DNA of 64,000 nucleotides. Origin: Candidatus Poribacteria bacterium. GTDB taxonomy: Bacteria; Poribacteria; WGA-4E; WGA-3G. The position numbers and the translations under genes are program-made. A model generated the notes under the pieces. The model did no database searches. It had not been told where the DNA came from and saw nothing but the letters and a program-made list of their open reading frames with translations. Numbering within the stretch: the stretch's first letter is position 1; each line of letters begins with the position of its first letter. Below are positions 31,238-42,774 of this stretch, piece after piece. Location: contig OZ240248.1 in NCBI GenBank assembly GCA_965198235.1, positions 1,216,001-1,280,000 on the forward strand. The letters are read 5' to 3'.

Positions 31238-31885
31238 CTAACCGCACCGAGCCTGACAAGGAAATCGAAAATTATTGACGCTAATGCTTTCGGCGATTGA
31301 TTTAAGCGTGTCAGGCACTTCGCAAACGATAAAGCAATACCAACCGCGTGCCGTCTTTTTCAACGTGACTTCTTTCGGGTCTCCACTGATCGGACGGTGT
31401 TGGCGGATCTTGACTTCACCTAACTTCGGCACTTTCAGACGGTTATACCGAGAACCTGTTTCACGGATCGGGGTCTCGCGCTTGCGTCTAAATGTGCCTG
31501 TAGATTTATCCTTAACCTTATACTTTCGCAGACTCCACGTCAACGAGCGAACAGAACGCTTATAGCGAGGATACCCTTTTTTGTCCGATCCCTCTTTGCA
31601 ACGGCGTTGAAAATGCTCGTGTGCAGCGTTGACACGTTTGATTGTTTGCACCTGCATATCCTGTGAGTGATCGGAATAGTGCGAGGTATCGGTACGCAGC
31701 TTCGCCAGATGGTTTATCTGGTCATACATCGACACAGATTTACGACCATACTCCCACATCTGCGAACGCATCTGGAGCATATAGTTCTGCAACTGCTTCT
31801 GGTGGCGCAACTCCGCAAAAAGCCAACGTTCCTCTGTTTTTGTAGGTTTTGCGCGGAACTTAAATGTCATTTTCATGATTGCCAT
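31238..31885 (-). pseudogene. tnpB: Truncated TnpB (IS200/IS605 OrfB), N-terminal half only
   Basis: TFKFRAKPT, GYPRYKR, LKVPKLGEVKI and TLKKTARGWYCFI motifs; similarity stops before RuvC-I and the tail runs into a REP-like hairpin. Confidence 0.85.
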
Positions 31886-32757
31886 TTGTAGACTGCACAG
31901 ACTTGATCAGCGACCGTGCTCGACTTCTTGAGCACAGCCACCAGAACGGATATCTCTTCTTTCCCAGACTGCTCCCTGTAGAGTCGGTGCTTGAGTTACG
32001 TCGGCAGGTGCTCCATGTCGCAGAGCGGCACGAGCTCCTTGAACCAGACACCCATCCCGATGCTGGTATTCGCAGAAAAGGCGTTTTTATCTGTGAACAG
32101 GATGGATCCGAGACCTTCAGACGTTTTTACATTGACATCCAGAAACTCCGACTTTTCCACGCGCTTCCCCATCACGAACATATCGTGCGTGTTCTGGAGA
32201 TCCTATTCGGCGATTCCGTTTTCATCCATCCCCGGCATATATGTCACGCTATCTTCCCAGGAGAACATCAGTATACCACCCCTCCGCATCAGGACTTCCA
32301 TCCGGTGCGCGGTGCGCGGGATACATGGACGGTGTGGACACCCCTGGGAGACTGTGATGCCGAGTTGGGGGGCTTGGCGATTGCCCGTGGATCAAACCGT
32401 CGTGGGTTCTTAAAGGACAACGATGTCCGTTCATGGAGGTTGATCGAAGACAGGACGGAATGGGTCTGGAACCCCCTCGAGCGCGGAGATGTCGTCATGT
32501 TTCACAGTTTAGCGATTCACCGAGGTCGTGACAACATGACCGAGAATCGCATACGACTCGCAACGAGTGCTCGCTACCAGTCTGTCAGTGAACCCGTTGA
32601 CGAAGACGCTCTCAGCGTTCATTTGGGCTGTGCGAAATGGGAAGAGGTCTATTCGGAGTGGGAAACGGACGAGCCGCTGAAGTATTACTGGAACGCAATC
32701 GACATGGAGGTTCAGCCGGCTTACCATCGCCGCAGGCCAAAACCCGCTGACGAATAG
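31879..32757 (+). CDS. Phytanoyl-CoA dioxygenase (PhyH) family Fe/2OG oxygenase
   Basis: TPPHQD, WTVWTPL, GDVVMFHSLAIH and RLATSARY motifs; 5' end abuts the TnpB fragment. Confidence 0.88.
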   Translation: MPFVDCTDLISDRARLLEHSHQNGYLFFPRLLPVESVLELRRQVLHVAERHELLEPDTHPDAGIRRKGVFICEQDGSETFRRFYIDIQKLRLFHALPHHEHIVRVLEILFGDSVFIHPRHICHAIFPGEHQYTTPPHQDFHPVRGARDTWTVWTPLGDCDAELGGLAIARGSNRRGFLKDNDVRSWRLIEDRTEWVWNPLERGDVVMFHSLAIHRGRDNMTENRIRLATSARYQSVSEPVDEDALSVHLGCAKWEEVYSEWETDEPLKYYWNAIDMEVQPAYHRRRPKPADE

Positions 32758-32924
32758 ATCCACAATATGAACAAATACGAATTAGAGCTCCAGCAGGGGT
32801 TTTTGCTTGGGTGTTTCTTCAACATGTCTATTGCTGTATTTTTTTACACAGAAATGGTGCTTGAATATCTACAACTTTTTAGTAGCAACTTGGGACACTA
32901 TCGTTAAGAACCTTAGGTGTAAAA

Positions 32925-33713
32925 ATGCAAAAAGAAAATCAGGAATTGTCTAAAGTTGAAGCTCCGCAACCCATCCCCGACGGGTTGGTGGTCCTCACCT
33001 TTGATGACGGTAACAAGTCAGATTATACTTATGTCGGACCGCTGTTGAAGCGTTACGGTTTTGGAGCGACGTTTTTCATCACTGAAGGTCTAAATTTCCT
33101 CAACAGCAAGGCGCACTATGTCACATGGGAGGAGATCCTTCAATTGCACGAGGAGGGTTTTGAGATAGGTAACCACACTCGTCATCATAAGAACGTCAAT
33201 ACACAATTGAAAAAAGAGTTGATCGCAGACTTGATACACATTGATAAACGATGTGAGGAATATGGTATTCCTATCCCTGAGACGTTTGGCTATCCTGGGG
33301 ATAGTCATGGGCGAGAGTCAGTGGAAGTGTTGATGGAAAAGGGGTGTCGTTTCGCACGGCGTGGCATTGGACCGGAGTTTCCTTATGATTTAGAAGGCGG
33401 GCGTGGTCCGGCTTACGCGCCGGATGTCCATCATCCCTTACTCATCCCGTCAACGGGCGTACCCGGTCCAAACTGGGGGTTCGAGGATTTGGTCTGGGCG
33501 GTTGAACAGGCAAAAGATGGGAAAATCGCCGTCCTGACGTTTCACGGTGTGCCTGCCCTTGAACACCCATGGGTCGACGTTTCACCCGAGCTGTTTAAGA
33601 CATACATGGATTATCTTCGGGACAGCGGTTGTACCGTTGTTGCGTTGCGTGATCTAACGAAATACGTTGCTACATCAGAATCAGTTGGGCAAAGAATAAC
33701 ACATTTTCCATAA
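32925..33713 (+). CDS. Polysaccharide deacetylase (CE4/NodB) family protein
   Basis: VLTFDDG, ATFFI, EIGNHTRHH, FGYPG and LTFHGV motifs. Confidence 0.88.
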   Translation: MQKENQELSKVEAPQPIPDGLVVLTFDDGNKSDYTYVGPLLKRYGFGATFFITEGLNFLNSKAHYVTWEEILQLHEEGFEIGNHTRHHKNVNTQLKKELIADLIHIDKRCEEYGIPIPETFGYPGDSHGRESVEVLMEKGCRFARRGIGPEFPYDLEGGRGPAYAPDVHHPLLIPSTGVPGPNWGFEDLVWAVEQAKDGKIAVLTFHGVPALEHPWVDVSPELFKTYMDYLRDSGCTVVALRDLTKYVATSESVGQRITHFP

Positions 33714-33952
33714 AAAGCCTCAGTAGGGTGATAGGGGTTGTGATGTTTCGCAGTCCACAGTTTGGAAACGCCGGTCGCGTATTGTTCGCATCTACTTGTG
33801 TTATGAAGACTCGCGAAACGCGCGAAATCGCGTAAAAATTAGGCAAAAATGCCGAATATCTCTAAAAGAGACTTTTTTATCGAAAAAAGTGATAAAATTG
33901 GTATAAAAATGGGTTTTTGGGGCAAAATTATGCTTTTTTTTTACAATTTTAT

Positions 33953-33981
33953 TTGACAAACCTTTTTTTGCAGTGTATAAT
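33953..33981 (+). promoter_or_regulatory. Consensus sigma70 promoter of 16S rRNA
   Basis: TTGACA-17 nt-TATAAT with AT-rich upstream sequence. Confidence 0.9.
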
Positions 33982-34012
33982 TAACATTACCTTTTGACAA
34001 GAAAGGTGAATT

Positions 34013-34034
34013 TGTTCTTTGAAAGTTAAATAGT
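34013..34034 (+). promoter_or_regulatory. boxA antitermination site / 5' arm of the 16S processing stem
   Basis: TGTTCTTTGAAAGTTAAATAGT, complementary to ACTATTTAACTTTCAAGAACA at 35775-35795. Confidence 0.8.
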
Positions 34035-34146
34035 GAACGTGACGTGCCTATTAATAGCTTGTGAGTGCACTCCAAATTCGTTTGGAGATGTACTTCAATT
34101 AAGTGGAAGTGTACTTCAAATTCGTTTGAAGATGTACTTCAAAACT

Positions 34147-35704
<1,558 letters not shown>

Positions 35705-36099
35705 CATTAACATAAGGACTCTTACACAGTACTTATGTTCATTACGCTCTTTACCTTACAAGACACGCACTAAAACTATTTAACTTTCAAGAACATTTTC
35801 TACAGGATACAGCAAGCCTTTTGCTATATTAACCAACCCAATTTTCCTTTTATATCCAATCTAAATTTCCTTAGGGCTCTACTTACAAAAAAGGATTTTA
35901 AGTTTAATAGCACTTACGCACGATGCTCTTTTGTATCACAAACTTTTAGTTTGTGTCCCTGCTCGTGTGAGTCTTTTAGCGGATCGCAATCCAATAGATC
36001 GGGCTACGGTCAAAACTGCGTAAGTCCTGTTTAATTTCTCCGTCCCCCAATTTTCCTTGTCAGGGTCCGAACCATTGACATAACCAAGGGAGAGATGAA

Positions 36100-36852
36100 A
36101 TGAGAACCGCGGTATTTGTCGTAACGCTCCTCTTTTTAACCGGACTTGGCATTGCAAACGCGAAGATTCTTTTTGTTGATGACTTTGAACAGGATAAAAT
36201 TGGTGAAGAACCATTGAGATGGGAACACCTAAACTTTAACTCGGGCAACTCAAAAATCCTTATTGAAAAAGACCCTGCCGATCCCAAAAACAAAGCCGCC
36301 AAAACCACAGGTATCGGGCTTTACATCCCGAAAGCGGATGGAAGAGAAGGATGGCGGGATTATATTTGGGATTTCGACTGGTTGTGGGAAAATGACAGTT
36401 TTGTAGGCACGATTTACAGGGCGGAGGGCGGGCTTAAAGGGGCTGAGGCGCATTTTCACGGCACGCGTCGCGTTGGCGGATCGAATATTCAGATTTATAC
36501 GCGCAAGGCTGGTGCTTGGGCACTACTTGGAACCGGGCAGTTTCCCAATGAGAACAACGTATGGTATACCCATCGACTGGTTATGAAAGGCGGGCAACAC
36601 CAGATGTATCTGAGGAAACGGGAGGAAGAATTAGCACCCGCGGATTGGCATCTCAATGAGAAGCCTATTGTAGAAGTTGATAATGACACTTTCAAGACAG
36701 GTCCTGTTGGCATGATGGGGATTACCAGCGGTGTCAGTTTTTTTGATAATATGGTTGTTGTCGAAAGTATTGCCGATATTGATAAGGTTCGTCCTGTTTC
36801 ACCACGTCTTAAGTTAGCAGCGACGTGGGGAGTAATCAAAACCAGATTTTAA
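36100..36852 (+). CDS. Secreted concanavalin/DUF1080-like protein with C-terminal VSPRLKLAATWGVIK motif
   Basis: Signal peptide (ANA-K); FVDDFE and GPVGM..SFFDNMVV beta-sandwich pattern; same terminal motif as 2514-3296. Confidence 0.75.
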   Translation: MRTAVFVVTLLFLTGLGIANAKILFVDDFEQDKIGEEPLRWEHLNFNSGNSKILIEKDPADPKNKAAKTTGIGLYIPKADGREGWRDYIWDFDWLWENDSFVGTIYRAEGGLKGAEAHFHGTRRVGGSNIQIYTRKAGAWALLGTGQFPNENNVWYTHRLVMKGGQHQMYLRKREEELAPADWHLNEKPIVEVDNDTFKTGPVGMMGITSGVSFFDNMVVVESIADIDKVRPVSPRLKLAATWGVIKTRF

Positions 36853-36861
36853 CAAATTAAT

Positions 36862-36890
36862 TTGACAAATCTTCTTTTAGCGTGTATACT
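36862..36890 (+). promoter_or_regulatory. Promoter of tRNA-Ile
   Basis: TTGACA-17 nt-TATACT. Confidence 0.8.
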
Positions 36891-36965
36891 TAATAGTGCT
36901 TGTTGACAAACGAAAGCGAAACTATTTTTTCGCGAACATCTCTCCTTTTTTAAGGCATTCCTTGT

Positions 36966-37039
36966 GGGCTTATAGCTCAGACGGTTAGAGCGCGCGCCTG
37001 ATAAGCGCGAGGTCCCTGGTTCGATTCCAGGTAGGCCCA
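36966..37039 (+). tRNA. tRNA-Ile (anticodon GAT), CCA not encoded
   Basis: GGGCTTA/TAGGCCC acceptor stem, GCTC/GAGC D-stem, CGCGC-CTGATAA-GCGCG anticodon arm and CCTGG-TTCGATT-CCAGG T-arm. Confidence 0.96.
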
Positions 37040-37128
37040 CTTTTTTCTTTCTCTCCCCATCTCACTTTTACCATCACTCTGTAATCCTATTTTACCCATC
37101 CGCGCACTTATACCGCTCATCCACCAAT

Positions 37129-37366
37129 TATAGTAAAGCCCGAAAATATGTAGACAGTTGTTCAGTGAACGAGGGAAGCACCCTATCAAAACCCCCCCAC
37201 CGCCGCTGGCGAGGATTGTATCCTCGCCTACTGTCAATGTCCAAGTCATTGTGGATTTTACTATAGTGAACGAGGGAAGCACCCTATCAAAACCCCCCCA
37301 CCGCCGCTGGCGAGGATTGTATCCTCGCCTACTGTCAATGTCCAAGTCATTGTGGATTTTACTATA
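37129..37366. mobile_element. TATAGTAAA-type MITE with an exact 101-bp tandem duplication of its right part
   Basis: Terminal repeats at 37129 and 37265; 37164-37264 is identical to 37265-37365; internal CTGGCGAGGATTGTATCCTCGCC. Confidence 0.7.
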
Positions 37367-37915
37367 ATGATTATCTGGTTATCTATAGCAGAGGTATTTT
37401 TAGGCGTGGCGTACACGTCATTGCTGAGAGAAATGGAACATCGAAATCCACAGTTTCATGCACAAGGGACAGACGTTCTGTAGTGCGTAGGTTGGGTTGA
37501 ACGGGACTCTCCTAAAAACCGCACACAGAGAATGACTTGCAGGGTTCATCGTTATGTGAACTTGTAAATGTGCGTCTCACGGAGGCACAGGAGACCAACG
37601 GTTTCCTATGCTACAAGTGTAAACATATTTTTGGATTTTACTATAATGAAGAAAAAGCAGTAGATTGGATTATAATACATTGATGCTGCGGATTAAATAC
37701 CGCTGCATCAGCACTCTAAGGCTTGCTGGCAAGGTTTGAAACTTCTGTAGGAGGGATCTCCGAATCCCGACTCCCTCTTCTGTGGAAGGGATTTCCCAAT
37801 CCCGACATCCAGCACAAAACGGATAGAAAACCGGAAACTGAATGGCTCTGGGTAAAGGCGTTTTGCATTTGCTGAAAAAGGGCAAAACTGGTAAACTGGC
37901 AGAGGGGCAAATTTT

Positions 37916-39427
37916 ATGATGACAACACTCATTCGCCGAGAGCTACTTGATAATCTGATGACATTCCGATTTGCCGCAGCTGTTTTCATTATGTTGCTGC
38001 TTGTGGTCGCGAATACCGCTGTCCTTATTAAGGATTATGAGCGGCGTTTGGCAGGCCACAATGCCGCTGTCAAAATGCATCAGCGGCAACTCCAAGAGAA
38101 GAAAACATATTCCGCGGGAATGGAGAAATTGCGCGTCGATCGTCCCCCGAATCCATTGAGCATCCTCAATGCCGGGTTCGATAAACGACTCGGAAACGAG
38201 GTTTTAGTGACACATGGATTTGTTCCGACCCTCTGGGATGCAGGCAGGCACGGCTCGGACAATCCGTTCATGGATATGTTCGCCTCAATGGATATTGTCT
38301 TTATCCTTGAGGTTATCCTTAGCTTGCTGGCATTGATTTTCGCCTACGACGCACTGGCGGGAGAATACGAGCACGGAACGCTACGTTTAGTCCTAACACA
38401 TTCCATTGGGCGTGGATATATCCTGTTTGCGAAATACATCGGTGCAATGCTCTGCCTGTTGGTGCCACTGCTGATGAGCTTAATTCTCTCAGTGATTCTA
38501 CTGGCGATGTCTACCGCTATCTCCCTGAATACCGATGATTTCCTACGGATCGGCGGAATTATTTTCGCATCTATCGCGTATCTTTCTGTATTCTACCTCA
38601 TTGGACTGCTGATTTCAGCGGCGACACGTAGAACCGGCACAGCGTTGATGCTCTCCATGTTCGTCTGGGGGTTTTTGGTGCTGGTGTATCCGAATGTGAT
38701 TCTGGCTGTGATCCCACGCCATGATGAACTGCAGGCGCGTACGACATCCAATTTCAATCGAATCAAACAGATGTGGGAGGAATTCGACAGAGAACGGAAG
38801 CACTTCCTTGCCACCGACGCTTTCCCAGGAGAAGATTGGGGACTTGAACTTAGGGGATGGGGGTCCCGCCACGCTTACTTTTGGGACAACCCCCGCGCGC
38901 TACTATACACCTATGAAAGTGTTATGGAGTTTAATGGGTTTGGTGAGAAAGATGAACCCAAAATGCCCCACGCGCAGATGCATTTCCGTTTCCTCGGACC
39001 CCAGGTGATCGGTACAGCTGACCGAACATGGCTCATTCGCAAGCCAGCACTCGAAGATATCTATATTCACCCTGCAAATGTGGAAAGACTCTGGTTGAAA
39101 CTTTCGCCAGTCGGGATCTATGATGCAACAACACAAGCTTGGGCAGGCACGGATTTGCGCGGGGTCAGAGATTTTTTCGACACCGCAAGACAATATAGAC
39201 AGCAGGTGATTGATTATTTATACGATAAAAAGGCGTTTGGGTCTCGACAATGGTTCTCTTCGGACAAGGAGGCGGCGGATTGGAGTGGGCTGCCACAGTT
39301 TTCTTTTCAAAGGGTCGATGTGAACACAAATGCCAAGCGATCATTGCCGGATGTATGTCTACTGCTCATGATGAATGTCGTTCTGTTCATTGTAATATTT
39401 CTAATTTTCATCAAAACCGAAGTGTAG
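37916..39427 (+). CDS. ABC-2/NosY-like permease, type A copy 1
   Basis: LIRRELLDNL, AYDALAGEYEHGTLRLVLT and multiple TM helices. Confidence 0.85.
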   Translation: MMTTLIRRELLDNLMTFRFAAAVFIMLLLVVANTAVLIKDYERRLAGHNAAVKMHQRQLQEKKTYSAGMEKLRVDRPPNPLSILNAGFDKRLGNEVLVTHGFVPTLWDAGRHGSDNPFMDMFASMDIVFILEVILSLLALIFAYDALAGEYEHGTLRLVLTHSIGRGYILFAKYIGAMLCLLVPLLMSLILSVILLAMSTAISLNTDDFLRIGGIIFASIAYLSVFYLIGLLISAATRRTGTALMLSMFVWGFLVLVYPNVILAVIPRHDELQARTTSNFNRIKQMWEEFDRERKHFLATDAFPGEDWGLELRGWGSRHAYFWDNPRALLYTYESVMEFNGFGEKDEPKMPHAQMHFRFLGPQVIGTADRTWLIRKPALEDIYIHPANVERLWLKLSPVGIYDATTQAWAGTDLRGVRDFFDTARQYRQQVIDYLYDKKAFGSRQWFSSDKEAADWSGLPQFSFQRVDVNTNAKRSLPDVCLLLMMNVVLFIVIFLIFIKTEV

Positions 39428-39549
39428 GATGGCTGTCAGCGGTCAGCCGTCAGCAATCAGTCAAAGATGTCTTTGGGATGGAACATGTCCCAATATACCA
39501 CAAACGAGTAACCGAAAACCGAGAACTGACAACCGATAACTCTAAAAAA

Positions 39550-40962
39550 ATGATTTGGCATATAGCGAAACGCGAACTCTACGATAACCTGAATAGCCTC
39601 CGGTTTGCGCTTGCAACTTTGTTATTGTTGGGCTTGATGTTAACCAACGCGATTATACATCTCCGGGAACACCCGAAGCGGGTTCAGAAATATCTTGATG
39701 CTGTTGCTGGATATCAAAGTCGTTTAATATCTCATGCCGAGAACGGTTTATATGAACTCGCGCAACAGGGTCCTGGATATCTTTACAAAAAACCATCGCC
39801 GCTCCGTTTTTGTGCAGACGGGGGCGAAACATTTTTGTCAAATCAGGCAGAAGGCGGATACCATCGATGGAGCACCGACAGATTAAAAAGTTTCTGGATA
39901 TTGGCATATCCATCGGTCACCCCCAATCTGGACAAGGTCCACCCAGATGTCACCAAAGTGGATTGGGGCTTTATCATGGGGTACGTCTTAAGTCTCGTCG
40001 CGCTTCTATTTACCTTCGATTCCATTTCCGGTGAGCGTGAGCGTGGCACCTTACGACTGACCTTGGCGAATTCAATTCCACGGCACACTGTACTCATTGG
40101 CAAATTTTGGGGGGCATTAATAAGTGTTAGCATCCCGTTTATGCTTGCTGTGTTGGTGAATCTGTTGGTGATCTCTACGTCAAGTGAGGTTCATCTTGGG
40201 ACAGACACGTGGGGACGTTTAGGTATCATCTTCGGTATCGCGTTCCTGTACACATGTCTGTTTCTGGCATTAGGCTTGTTGGTGTCTACTCGTGTGCAGC
40301 GGAGTGCTGTCAGTCTTGTGATACTTCTATTGGTTTGGGTTACCCTTGTGGTCTTTATGCCGAGCACCCTTGCATCTATTGCAGGCGGCTCTTCGTCACC
40401 CAGGCCCACCTTCGGATTTTCGGAACGCTCTTGGCAACTTCACAATGAACTTGGGGAAGAATACGGGAGGCATCGGTATGGACCACGTGAGAATTCAAGG
40501 GAAAGCATGCAATTGTCAGGCGAGTACGTTATCAAAGACGCGGAACAGCAAGAACGCTTGCACGAAGAACGCTTAAACCAGCGGGTTTCTCAGGTGAACC
40601 GAGCGCGTGCCATCACCCGGCTTTCACCTGTCACGATTTTCCAGCATCTCCTTGAAGCCTTTGCTGGCACAGGCTTTGAACGACATCTACAATTCTTGGC
40701 GAACGTGAAATCTTACACGCAGCAATTCCGGGTGTTCATCAATGATGCCGATAGAGCCGATCCGGAAAGCCTACATATCTTTGGTGTTCGTAAGGGTATG
40801 TCGCAGAAGCCTGTCAGTCCAGAAGCAGTGCCAAAGTTTGAAGACACGCTCAGCCTCAGCAAAGATTTCAATGCAGCAGCAGTCGATCTGCTGTTACTAA
40901 CGCTATTCGTCATAGTCCTTCTATCCGGAGCATATCTGGCATTTGTTCGCGTTGAGGTGTAA
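39550..40962 (+). CDS. ABC-2/NosY-like permease, type B copy 1
   Basis: Start MIWHIAKRE at 39550; FDSISGERERGTLRL; C-terminal AYLAFVRVEV. Confidence 0.85.
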   Translation: MIWHIAKRELYDNLNSLRFALATLLLLGLMLTNAIIHLREHPKRVQKYLDAVAGYQSRLISHAENGLYELAQQGPGYLYKKPSPLRFCADGGETFLSNQAEGGYHRWSTDRLKSFWILAYPSVTPNLDKVHPDVTKVDWGFIMGYVLSLVALLFTFDSISGERERGTLRLTLANSIPRHTVLIGKFWGALISVSIPFMLAVLVNLLVISTSSEVHLGTDTWGRLGIIFGIAFLYTCLFLALGLLVSTRVQRSAVSLVILLLVWVTLVVFMPSTLASIAGGSSSPRPTFGFSERSWQLHNELGEEYGRHRYGPRENSRESMQLSGEYVIKDAEQQERLHEERLNQRVSQVNRARAITRLSPVTIFQHLLEAFAGTGFERHLQFLANVKSYTQQFRVFINDADRADPESLHIFGVRKGMSQKPVSPEAVPKFEDTLSLSKDFNAAAVDLLLLTLFVIVLLSGAYLAFVRVEV

Positions 40963-40965
40963 TAG

Positions 40966-42492
40966 ATGCTAATAACACTCATCCGTCGAGAGCTCCTCGA
41001 CAATCTCATGACATTCCGGTTCGCTGCAGCAGTCTTCATCACCCTCTTGCTTGTGGTCGCCAATACCGTTGTGCTCCTCAAGGACTATGAACAACGACTA
41101 ACCGCTTACAACACGGCTACCGAGGAAAGTCATCAGAGATTACGCGAGGAAAAAGCCTATTCCTATTACTATGAAAAATTAGTTGTCCATCGTCCTCCTA
41201 ATCCGTTGAGTATTTTCAATCTGGGATTGGATAAACAGGTAGGTAACGCAATTTATGTATACCACGCGTTTGTGCCAACAATTTGGGATGCAGTGAAGCA
41301 CGGGGCGGATAATCCGTTTCTCAACCTCTTCACTTCGATTGATATCGCGCTTGTTTTTCAGGGGGTCCTGAGTCTCCTCGCGCTGATTTTCGCTTACGAT
41401 GCCCTCGCTGGCGAACATGAACGTGGGACCTTACGCCTCGTGCTGACGCACCCAATCCGGCGCGGATACATCCTATTTGCCAAGTACATTAGCGCAATGC
41501 TCTGCCTGCTTGTGCCGTTGCTGATAAGCCTTCTCCTGTCCATCATCTTGCTGACGATGTCCACTATCATTTCCTTGAACACGGATGAATTTCTTCGCAT
41601 CGGCGGGATTGTCCTGACATCACTGCTTTATGTGTCGCTGTTCTACCTCATCGGCTTATGCATCTCCGCGATGACGCATCGAACCAGTACCGCGCTCATG
41701 CTTTCCATGTTTGCTTGGGGATTCTTGGTGCTTGTGTATCCAAATCTGATTCTTACCGCAGTTGACATCGTCCCGCAACCGGAAACGCAAACCTCTGTTT
41801 ATAATCAAATCAAACAGATGTGGGAAGAATTGGATAGAGAAAATAAGCAGTTTCTCCGCAATGATGCCGTCTTAGGTCCTCTATCGCGTAACGGCGAAGG
41901 TTGGGGATTTTACGTGGAAGGCGGTGAATATACCTTTGATGAGAGTGAAGACAACCCCTCAATATTGCTCTATTTCTACCAAACCGGATTCTATGCTGGA
42001 AAAATTGGAGCAGAATCTGAGCCACAGGTGCCACACTTACAGAATTATTACCGCTTCTACAATAGAGAAACTGTCAATACCGTCCAACAAACGTGGCTTG
42101 TCCGTAAACCGGCATTAGAGGCTATCTACATCCAACCCGCGAATCTCGGTCGAAGGCTGTTAAAGTTTTCACCCGTCGGGTTGTATGATGCGGCAACAGA
42201 AGCTTGGGCAGGCACCGACTTGAACGGTATTCAAGACTTTTTCAACGCGGTCCGACGTTACCGACGCACAGTCCTTGACTATTTCGATGATGAAAAGATA
42301 TTTGAATCGCGACAATGGTTTGCTGCCGACAAAGGCACAGCTGACTGGGATGCACTCCCACGCTTCTCCTTTCAGAGAAGTGGTATAGACATCAATGCAA
42401 AGAGGGCGTTACCCGATCTGTTCCTACTTCTCATGATTAATGTCGTTCTGTTCGTAATAATATTTCTGATTTTCATCAGGAGTGAAGTATAG
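40966..42492 (+). CDS. ABC-2/NosY-like permease, type A copy 2
   Basis: Paralog of 37916-39427 (same N-terminus, AYDALAGEHERGTLRL, IFLIFIRSEV). Confidence 0.85.
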   Translation: MLITLIRRELLDNLMTFRFAAAVFITLLLVVANTVVLLKDYEQRLTAYNTATEESHQRLREEKAYSYYYEKLVVHRPPNPLSIFNLGLDKQVGNAIYVYHAFVPTIWDAVKHGADNPFLNLFTSIDIALVFQGVLSLLALIFAYDALAGEHERGTLRLVLTHPIRRGYILFAKYISAMLCLLVPLLISLLLSIILLTMSTIISLNTDEFLRIGGIVLTSLLYVSLFYLIGLCISAMTHRTSTALMLSMFAWGFLVLVYPNLILTAVDIVPQPETQTSVYNQIKQMWEELDRENKQFLRNDAVLGPLSRNGEGWGFYVEGGEYTFDESEDNPSILLYFYQTGFYAGKIGAESEPQVPHLQNYYRFYNRETVNTVQQTWLVRKPALEAIYIQPANLGRRLLKFSPVGLYDAATEAWAGTDLNGIQDFFNAVRRYRRTVLDYFDDEKIFESRQWFAADKGTADWDALPRFSFQRSGIDINAKRALPDLFLLLMINVVLFVIIFLIFIRSEV

Positions 42493-42774
42493 AGTGGCTG
42501 TCAGCAGTCAGGTCGCTGCGCTTTCAGCGATCAGTTAAGAAACATATATGGCGGTTGCTCGTGTGCTTACTCCCGTAAACTGCTGATTACCGACTGCCCT
42601 TATGAATATGGCACAACCGTTCTTTGCTGAAGGCTGATTACTGACGGTTTCCGACAGCCCTTCTGCCGATAAACGTGTCCAATGAAGGTAAGCCCAACCA
42701 ACGGGCGGGCTGGATCTACGGAGGAAATCGTTTTTTTCTCAGATTTCCTGAACGACCCGCAAGGAAAATTAAAA

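Noticed and set aside
31238-31885. Active TnpB/Cas12f-like RNA-guided nuclease
   Set aside because: RuvC and zinc-finger regions are missing; no identifiable right end or omegaRNA.
36849-37367. Short ORFs over tRNA-Ile and the MITE
   Set aside because: Antisense tRNA or repeat-derived translations.
39250-39549. Long N-terminal extension of permease B1 (similarly 42682-42774, 11928-12077, 14677-14781)
   Set aside because: These overlap the upstream gene or repeat elements; paralog alignment or signal peptides point to later starts.
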